Shown here in pieces: positions 1 through 4,928 of a stretch of DNA of 4,928 nucleotides. Positions within the stretch are counted from its first letter, which is position 1. Every line of letters starts with the position of its first letter. The position numbers and the translations under genes were made by a program. The stretch lies in the UHGV virus genome UHGV-2078699, one strand, 5' to 3'. This DNA is from a virus. The notes beneath the pieces are model-generated. The model was not told the origin of the DNA and made no database searches. It saw nothing but the letters and a program-made list of their open reading frames with translations.

Positions 1-23
1 GGATTCGATTTTCGCAGCGGCCT

Positions 24-56
24 TTTCAACATAACGAGTCGTACATTATGCGCACC
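24..56 (-). other. dif-like XerC/XerD recombination site (putative prophage attachment junction), atypical spacing
   Basis: The minus strand reads GGTGCGCATAA-TGTACGACTCG-TTATGTTGAAA. The first 11 nt are identical to the XerC arm of E. coli dif (GGTGCGCATAATGTATATTATGTTAAAT, recalled from memory). The last 11 nt match the XerD arm TTATGTTAAAT at 9 of 11 positions. The two arms are separated by 11 nt rather than the canonical 6. Confidence 0.4.
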
Positions 57-94
57 AATGGTAAGGATGGCGGGAACTGGCGTTACCGGTGCCG

Positions 95-328
95 TCATTG
101 GTCACAGACCGTAATCCACTGGCCCAGGACGTCTTTCAGGCAATGTTGGCATAAATCCAGTTTTAAGCGATTACTGTCACCAAAAATTGAACCGTATCCA
201 GCTAAGTGATTAACAGACAGAAACTCATTGAACTCAATGTCATCTACCACCGTCTTCGCATGGCGACCACAGCGATCGCAGGTCTTCGCACATAACATTA
301 CAGTATCGCTGGATGTGAAAAATTGCAT
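95..328 (-). CDS. hypothetical small Cys-rich protein, zinc-ribbon-like (77 aa)
   Basis: ORF with ATG at 328..326 preceded by a strong SD (GAGGAGA, 5-nt spacer). The protein has C13-x3-C17-x2-C20 and C61-x2-C64 plus C75, i.e. two CxxC knuckles about 40 residues apart, typical of a zinc ribbon. A loose resemblance to YgiT/MqsA-type zinc-finger domains is from memory only. Confidence 0.5.
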   Translation of the reverse strand: MQFFTSSDTVMLCAKTCDRCGRHAKTVVDDIEFNEFLSVNHLAGYGSIFGDSNRLKLDLCQHCLKDVLGQWITVCDQ

Positions 329-399
329 TTTATCTCCTCGTAATGCTGCCGCGCCGAATCAGCAATAACGCTAAAAAAACAGAATTGTTCGGCTTGGCC

Positions 400-444
400 A
401 ACCCCTGACACTAACAAAAGCAAGTTTTGTCATTGTCAGGGGTT
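400..444. promoter_or_regulatory. 45-nt near-perfect inverted repeat (stem-loop) between the two small ORFs
   Basis: AACCCCTGACA (400..410) pairs with TGTCAGGGGTT (434..444), and ACAAAA (414..419) pairs with TTTTGT (425..430), around a 5-nt loop GCAAG with a 3-nt internal mismatch. On the minus strand it sits 1 nt after the ORF 446..754 stop codon. A T7 run follows about 20 nt further downstream, so it is not a canonical intrinsic terminator. Confidence 0.5.
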
Positions 445-445
445 A

Positions 446-754
446 TCATATAAACCAATAGACCGTCCTTACGCCATTCTGGTTATCAATAACATAGCCG
501 CATTGTTTCCTTAAAAATTCTTCTGCTAAATCAATGGCTTTTACAGAAATCTCATAAGAAGGAAGTAAAGTGTATCCTTTCCCTTCACTGGCAGCTGCTT
601 TGATCGCATCCAGAGTATTATCAATCAGTAACAGAGCAAGTGATGCTTCATTTACCTGAGCCGAAGAACTTCTGGCTGCAAGTGTCATTGTTTTTGCTTC
701 TTCCGCTGTAATCGTTCGTTCTGCCAGAGCAGATAAAATCCCATAAGAATCCAT
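446..754 (-). CDS. hypothetical protein (102 aa), unknown function
   Basis: ORF with ATG at 754..752 and a GGGG-containing SD 7 nt upstream. The protein is Ala/Leu-rich and helical-looking at the N-terminus with a beta-like C-terminus, and has no recognisable signal peptide or TM segment. I recognise no family. Confidence 0.45.
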   Translation of the reverse strand: MDSYGILSALAERTITAEEAKTMTLAARSSSAQVNEASLALLLIDNTLDAIKAAASEGKGYTLLPSYEISVKAIDLAEEFLRKQCGYVIDNQNGVRTVYWFI

Positions 755-774
755 TAGTTACCCCAATCAATAAT

Positions 775-834
775 GTCCATTTGATGGATAGCGAGCAGGG
801 CTTACGCACCTACCCGCTATCCATCAAAGTGGAC
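775..834. promoter_or_regulatory. long hairpin overlapping the gene IV stop codon (candidate terminator / packaging-signal-like element)
   Basis: GTCCATTTGATGGATAGCG (775..793) pairs with CGCTATCCATCAAAGTGGAC (815..834), giving a 19-bp stem with one bulged G and a 21-nt loop. The gene IV stop codon (824..826) lies inside the right arm. In Ff phages the packaging-signal hairpin begins immediately after gene IV. Confidence 0.45.
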
Positions 835-2089
835 GAATGATATGTGCTGTAAGCAAAATATACATAATACGCTGTTCATTGCTGTCTGCCTTGCTACTGA
901 AAATCCAGCCTATAAGAGGAATTTTACTTATAACTGGAACTGAACGCTCGGCATTGCTGAACGATGAATCGATAAGCCCCCCCAATAACAACGTCTGACC
1001 ATCCTTAATCTGGACTGTCGTCTGAATCTGGCGCTGATTAGTAATAATATCGGATGCCTGATCATCATTGCTGATTGAATCAGCGCGAGTGTCGATAGTC
1101 AGAACTAGTTGCCCGTTACCCATGACAACAGGCGTTACCTTGAGAGAAACGCCAACATCATGACGCTCGATAGTCTGAAACGGATTATTTACCCCGGCAG
1201 ATTCGCCCGTTACCTTTCCGGTGATAAACGGCACATTCTTACCTACGGAAATGTAACCAGTCTGACCAGACTGAGTAAGAATACGCGGCGTTGAAATCAC
1301 CTTAGAGCGTGAATTACTCTGGACAGCACGCAGAGACAGCGCCAACACGTTACCATCAAAAATACCAAAAGAACCGCCCGCCGTAGAAAGAGCGCTACCC
1401 AGTGCAGAAGTATTAAAGCCCCCCGCAACCTTATGACCGGATGCAGAACCTGCCGCAAACGATAAATCAACGCCATCAGACAAGCTGGTTTCAAACATCA
1501 GCGACTGAATGAGAACCTGATCGCGGGCAACATCCACAGAATTGATAAAATCGGACAGAACCGGCAGCAGCTCGTCAGGCGCAGAAACAATCAGCGAGTT
1601 ATTGCCTGGATAATCCACGACATTACCACCACCATTAGAATCAAGATAAATTTTAATCAGTTGCTGAACATCGGACGATCTAACTTTTGTCAGCTTAAAA
1701 TTTCTGACCGTAAGCGCCACAGGTACTGGCTGGTAAGATGGCTCAGAAGGAAAAGTATCATAAGACTGGTTATCAGAATCATCGGAATCCGAAACCATCT
1801 GTGAAGGTAATTTAGACGGCAAAGAGACTACCGCAGGATTGCCAGAAAGCATGACAAAACCGTTAGCATTCAGAACAGACTTAAAGAAATCATCAATATT
1901 TGTTGGATTAACATCAGCATTAAATACGGTTACGTTTCCTTTAATATCAGGATTAACAATAACAGGCTTGCCAGTTTTTGAAGAATACCACTGAACAAAT
2001 GAGCGAACAGATGAATTATTTAAATTAACAGTTTCAGCAGAAACGCAGAATGAATAGGCAAATAAAAAAGCAACAATAACAGAGCGCAT
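824..2089 (-). CDS. gIV: filamentous-phage gene IV protein (pIV outer-membrane secretin)
   Basis: The translation aligns along its length with M13/fd pIV as recalled, e.g. VPFITGxVTGESAxVNNPFQTIER, DGQTLLLGGL, IPLIG..FSS and a C-terminal ...RPL. The ATG at 2089..2087 is preceded by AGGAG and gives an N-terminal signal peptide MRSVIVAFLFAYSFCVSA. The 31 codons the ORF track adds upstream (to 2182) overlap the gene I 3' end and are rejected as the start. Confidence 0.92.
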   Translation of the reverse strand: MRSVIVAFLFAYSFCVSAETVNLNNSSVRSFVQWYSSKTGKPVIVNPDIKGNVTVFNADVNPTNIDDFFKSVLNANGFVMLSGNPAVVSLPSKLPSQMVSDSDDSDNQSYDTFPSEPSYQPVPVALTVRNFKLTKVRSSDVQQLIKIYLDSNGGGNVVDYPGNNSLIVSAPDELLPVLSDFINSVDVARDQVLIQSLMFETSLSDGVDLSFAAGSASGHKVAGGFNTSALGSALSTAGGSFGIFDGNVLALSLRAVQSNSRSKVISTPRILTQSGQTGYISVGKNVPFITGKVTGESAGVNNPFQTIERHDVGVSLKVTPVVMGNGQLVLTIDTRADSISNDDQASDIITNQRQIQTTVQIKDGQTLLLGGLIDSSFSNAERSVPVISKIPLIGWIFSSKADSNEQRIMYILLTAHIIRPL

Positions 2090-2096
2090 AATAATA

Positions 2097-2471
2097 TTAC
2101 TCCTGACAGGTAACAGTCTGTAAATAACGGCCTTTTCTAATAACAACACGACAGGCATCTTTAATATCAACGGAATAACCATCTTTAATCAAATCAAAAT
2201 ACTGATATTTCATACCTTTTGCATCAACAAACGTAACGGAAACGTCAAAGCCAAGTTGTGAAAAAGAATTAATAGAAAGTCGGGGTAAGTCACTGGACGA
2301 ATCAGGCGTTACCGCCCTCGCCTGTTCAGCATAAGCAGATTTAATAGCTGAGATTTCATCAACATTCTTTCCAGACTGGAGCCAGAAACCAAACGCAAGC
2401 CCCAGCGCCAAAAAAGAAAGCATTAATATAAGACGGTTCGATTTGCGAAAATAAATTTTAGTGAGGCGCAT
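2097..2471 (-). CDS. gXI: putative gene XI protein (pXI / pI*), in-frame internal start within gene I
   Basis: An in-frame ATG at 2471..2469 is codon 241 of gene I, the same residue index as the pXI start in M13 as recalled (MKLTKIY there, MRLTKIYF here). It lies just N-terminal to the TM segment, with an AGAGGA SD-like element about 12 nt upstream. Confidence 0.5.
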   Translation of the reverse strand: MRLTKIYFRKSNRLILMLSFLALGLAFGFWLQSGKNVDEISAIKSAYAEQARAVTPDSSSDLPRLSINSFSQLGFDVSVTFVDAKGMKYQYFDLIKDGYSVDIKDACRVVIRKGRYLQTVTCQE

Positions 2472-3191
2472 ATAATAATTAAATCCTCTGTGAACAGAAA
2501 ATTGACCGTGCGTGATAAATGGTGGCAAAAGCGAAAATGCGCCATGAGGATAATTATCTGTGAACGCTTGTTTGGTATTGTAAGCAGAATAAAGAGATTT
2601 TCCTGTATATATCCATTTATCAACAGTGATTGAATTAACATTATCACCATATTTGACAATGCCAAAGTGTACCTTTGGTAAAGAAAATCTCGCTCCTGAA
2701 ACCAAATTCATAATGGAGCCAACAAAAGGAATGTTTAATTTATCTGAACGGCGACAATAAACAACATGCTCAGCAAGCGCCAGACGAGCTTGCTTATCCA
2801 TTATCGAAATATCCTGAATCAAAAATATAATATCCCAGCCTAATTTTCTGGCATGTAAAAACCAGTCAATAACAGGTTGTCTGTCTTTATCACCCCATGA
2901 GCGGGAATTAAACCAAGTACCACATTCATCAAGTACAAGGAGGCCATTACGGGATTCATCGTAAGATGTATTCCCAATACCAATAGCAAGTAAATCATTT
3001 AATGAAGGCTTGTCAGGAATGCGAATAACGCGCGTTTTTTTCGCATAACGCCCAACCATAGGCATATTATGCAATTTAAGATCAAGATTAGTGGCAACAG
3101 GACAACCCTTAGCAAGTCTTTCCTGTATTCTGGAAACACTAACAAGTGTCTTGCCTGAGCCTAATTTGCCTGTTACTACATAAACCGCCAT
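2097..3191 (-). CDS. gI: filamentous-phage gene I protein (pI assembly ATPase, Zot-like)
   Basis: N-terminus MAVYVVTGKLGSGKTLVSV with Walker A GKLGSGKT and Walker B-like LLVLDECGTWF. Roughly 70% identity by eye to M13 pI as recalled (IDWFLHARKLGWDIIFL, ALAEHVVYCRR). A single TM segment LILMLSFLALGLAFGFWL lies near residue 255. The ATG at 3191..3189 directly follows the gene VI stop (TAAATG), with SD AGGGTGA. Confidence 0.95.
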   Translation of the reverse strand: MAVYVVTGKLGSGKTLVSVSRIQERLAKGCPVATNLDLKLHNMPMVGRYAKKTRVIRIPDKPSLNDLLAIGIGNTSYDESRNGLLVLDECGTWFNSRSWGDKDRQPVIDWFLHARKLGWDIIFLIQDISIMDKQARLALAEHVVYCRRSDKLNIPFVGSIMNLVSGARFSLPKVHFGIVKYGDNVNSITVDKWIYTGKSLYSAYNTKQAFTDNYPHGAFSLLPPFITHGQFSVHRGFNYYMRLTKIYFRKSNRLILMLSFLALGLAFGFWLQSGKNVDEISAIKSAYAEQARAVTPDSSSDLPRLSINSFSQLGFDVSVTFVDAKGMKYQYFDLIKDGYSVDIKDACRVVIRKGRYLQTVTCQE

Positions 3192-3533
3192 TTAAATCAC
3201 CCTGTTTGCATAATCAAGAAATTTTTGTTTTAAATCGAAAACAAAAACACTGATACGAGTAACCATAATAACGTTAACACACGCCTGAAAATGGTCAGGC
3301 AGTACAGACGCCATTAAATGGGAGAAATCAGCAGGTAAACCGTTGTACATGACCTCAGCAAGGTACTGCATTAAAAGCGTAACAGTTGTTGTAATTAATG
3401 CGACCAATGCAAAGGCGATTAATCCTGTTCTGGTAGCAAGTCGAGCTAAAAAACTCGCCACATAGCCAATAAACAAAGGAACAAGACCAATAAGAAAACG
3501 CAACAATGCAGGAATACCTAATAATAAAGGCAT
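3192..3533 (-). CDS. gVI: filamentous-phage gene VI protein (pVI minor coat protein)
   Basis: 113-aa hydrophobic protein MPLLLGIPALLRFL...FVFDLKQK, matching M13 pVI (MPVLLGIPLLLRFL...IFIFDVKQK, recalled). The ATG at 3533..3531 shares one nucleotide with the gene III stop (TGATG). The ORF track starts one codon earlier at a GTG, which I do not favour. Confidence 0.88.
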   Translation of the reverse strand: MPLLLGIPALLRFLIGLVPLFIGYVASFLARLATRTGLIAFALVALITTTVTLLMQYLAEVMYNGLPADFSHLMASVLPDHFQACVNVIMVTRISVFVFDLKQKFLDYANRVI

Positions 3534-4067
3534 CACTCACCCCCTTTGCGAAGCAATGAAGTTAAAGAAGTAAAGACATACCAGAACGTAAGGCAATAAA
3601 AAACCCATGAAAGAACATCTTTAATAGTCAGTAATTTATCGCAACCAATATCAATCTGATAAACCTCTCCGGGAAAAATAATAAAATCAGAGCAGCCGTT
3701 ACCATTGGGTAAATTAGGCAGCATAGCACCTTTATTTAAAAATGCTTCCCATAAAGCACCGTGAGAATCCTTTTCAATTCCCAATTCAGAATCAGCTAAA
3801 GTAGAAGCGCCATCTAATTCAGAGTCGCCCTTTCCATAACGAGAATCACCACCTGAAGGGTCAGCAAAACGGCCAGCCCCCCGCGTAAGATTGTTAATGG
3901 AATCGTCAAGACGATTTATATTATTCCTGGTTTGTTCATCGGCATTTTTTTTATCATCTGATGAAGTGTCTTTCTCCGTTAATTTATCATGAATATCGCT
4001 GGCTATTTTGGGTGAAGCACCTTCGATCGCAGACTGAATATCACCTTTAGAAAGACTGGAACCACTA
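3533..4067 (-). pseudogene. gIII: gene III (pIII) C-terminal fragment, interrupted by IS630 insertion
   Basis: The C-terminal roughly 175 codons resemble the pIII linker and C-terminal domain (NGNG, IDIGCDK vs M13 SIDCDK, hydrophobic anchor YVFTSL, terminal LLRKGGE vs ILRNKES). Upstream of about 4068 the frame continues into antisense IS630 sequence and the N1/N2 receptor-binding domains are absent. The 5' boundary is approximate, about 5 nt either way. Confidence 0.8.
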
Positions 4068-4928
4068 AATAGCTGCGCGGAATAGTAGATCACTGAAAGG
4101 GAACTCAGCCCGGATTGTGCGATCTGATCAATCGCCAAACCAACCAAAATCACCAACCGGACTGAGCGATGCCGATCATAGTACCAATACCCCGTGGCGA
4201 ACGACGCCTGATGCAGAAAGCTATTCATAAAACGCGTGATAAAAATCATGCCCGCAGACTCACGGCCATGCTGATGCTTCATCGGGGTGAACGGGTCAGC
4301 GATGTTGCCAGAACTCTCTGTTGTGCCCGTTCATCCGTTGGTCGCTGGATTAACTGGTTTACGCACTCAGGTATTGAAGGCCTGAAATCCTTACCCGCAG
4401 GGCGCTCCCGACGCTGGCCTTTTGAACATATCTGCACCCTGTTACGTGAGCTGATAAAGCATTCTCCCGGCGATTTTGGTTATCAACGTTCACGCTGGAG
4501 CACCGAATTACTGGCAATAAAAATCAATGAGATAACCGGTTGCCAGTTACATGCAGGAACCGTTCGCCGCTGGTTGCCATCTGCGGGGCTTGTATGGCGC
4601 AGGGCCGCGCCAACTCTGCGTATCCGTGACCCACATAAAGATGAAAAGATGGCGGTAATCCACAAAGCGCTGGATGAATGCAGCGCAGAGCATCCGGTAT
4701 TTTATGAAGATGAAGTGGATATCCACCTTAATCCTAAAATCGGTGCGGACTGGCAGTTGCGCGGACAGCAGAAACGGGTAGTGACGCCGGGGCAGAACGA
4801 AAAATACTATCTGGCCGGCGCACTGCACAGTGGCACGGGTAAAGTCAGCTACGTGGGCGGCAACAGCAAAAGTTCAGCGCTGTTTATCGCTCTGCTGAAG
4901 CACCTGAAAGCCACTTACCGGCGGGCGA
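4068..4928 (+). mobile_element. IS630-family insertion sequence, left end and most of transposase (partial; continues beyond window)
   Basis: The sequence encodes a transposase matching IS630 as I recall it. GC content rises sharply relative to the AT-rich phage genes (sampled 60-nt lines are about 33% GC in gene IV and about 70% in the transposase). The left boundary is placed after a CTA at 4065..4067, consistent with IS630 inserting at CTAG with TA duplication. The exact inverted-repeat end is not verified. Confidence 0.8.
4169..4928 (+). CDS. IS630-family transposase (Tc1/mariner-like DDE), 3' truncated by the window edge
   Basis: Plus-strand frame open from the ATG at 4169 to the end of the window (253 codons): MPIIVPIPRGERRLMQKAIHKTRDKNHARRLTAMLMLHRGERVSDVARTLCCARSSVGRWINWF (N-terminal HTH) ... 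DPHKDEKMAVIHKALDECSAEHPVFYEDEVDIHLNPKIGADWQLRGQQKRVVTPGQNEKYYLAGALHSGTGKVSYVGG. It is missing from the supplied ORF track, presumably because no stop codon falls inside the window. Confidence 0.9.
   Translation, partial: MPIIVPIPRGERRLMQKAIHKTRDKNHARRLTAMLMLHRGERVSDVARTLCCARSSVGRWINWFTHSGIEGLKSLPAGRSRRWPFEHICTLLRELIKHSPGDFGYQRSRWSTELLAIKINEITGCQLHAGTVRRWLPSAGLVWRRAAPTLRIRDPHKDEKMAVIHKALDECSAEHPVFYEDEVDIHLNPKIGADWQLRGQQKRVVTPGQNEKYYLAGALHSGTGKVSYVGGNSKSSALFIALLKHLKATYRRA

Noticed and set aside
48-209. 53-aa plus-strand ORF starting inside the dif-like site
   Set aside because: It is antisense to the SD-supported 77-aa ORF, has no convincing ribosome-binding site, and has an Arg/Trp-rich composition typical of a reverse-strand artefact.
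400-444. Canonical rho-independent terminator
   Set aside because: The stem is not immediately followed by a U-tract on either strand; the nearest T7 run is about 20 nt downstream on the minus strand.
95-754. Classical MqsR/MqsA-type toxin-antitoxin pair
   Set aside because: The 102-aa protein shows no resemblance I can recognise to MqsR/RelE-fold toxins. The zinc-ribbon protein lacks the C-terminal HTH domain of MqsA. The genes are separated by a 117-bp structured spacer rather than being translationally coupled. It is kept only as a weak analogy.
1109-1294. 61-aa plus-strand ORF
   Set aside because: It is antisense to and embedded within the well-supported gene IV, and I see no start-signal support.
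1297-1494. 65-aa minus-strand ORF
   Set aside because: It is an alternate frame inside gene IV with Arg/Leu-rich out-of-frame composition.
2090-2182. N-terminal 31-codon extension of the gene IV ORF given by the ORF track (start at 2182)
   Set aside because: It overlaps the 3' end of gene I and has no signal peptide. The internal ATG at 2089 has an AGGAG SD, yields a typical secretin signal peptide, and matches the Ff gene I/gene IV arrangement.
2423-2665. 80-aa minus-strand ORF
   Set aside because: It lies entirely inside gene I in a different frame, with low-complexity hydrophobic and Ile/Leu-rich composition typical of an out-of-frame reading of AT-rich coding DNA.
3534-3536. GTG as the gene VI start (ORF track start at 3536)
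   Set aside because: The adjacent ATG at 3533 gives an N-terminus (MPLLLGIP) matching M13 pVI (MPVLLGIP) and the Ff-style one-nucleotide overlap with the gene III stop.
3355-3540. 61-aa minus-strand ORF
   Set aside because: It is an alternate frame overlapping gene VI and the gene III/VI junction; its Cys/Tyr/Asn-rich composition is not protein-like.
4483-4828. Two minus-strand ORFs (60 aa and 93 aa)
   Set aside because: Both are antisense within the IS630 transposase coding region; the transposase frame on the plus strand is the supported one.
1-4928. CRISPR arrays, tRNA or rRNA genes
   Set aside because: I saw no regularly spaced direct repeats and no cloverleaf-like or rRNA-like conserved segments. 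Essentially the whole window is accounted for by protein-coding genes, the IS element and short structured intergenic regions.

Overview
The minus strand carries the morphogenesis/export end of an Ff/IKe-like filamentous phage (Inoviridae) prophage: gene III (C-terminal part only), gene VI, gene I (with an internal gene XI start) and gene IV, joined by Ff-style compact junctions. Gene III is interrupted near 4068 by an IS630-family insertion sequence on the plus strand, whose transposase (4169 onward) runs off the right edge of the window. Downstream of gene IV lie a long hairpin overlapping its stop codon, two small uncharacterised ORFs (102 aa and a 77-aa Cys-rich zinc-ribbon-like protein) separated by a 45-nt near-perfect hairpin, and a dif-like XerC/XerD site at 24..56. 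Together this suggests an XerCD-integrated, IS-inactivated inovirus prophage carrying a small cargo module in the position where CTXphi carries ctxAB. No rRNA, tRNA or CRISPR array was seen. All homology statements rest on reading the translations and recalling reference proteins from memory; no search or alignment was run.
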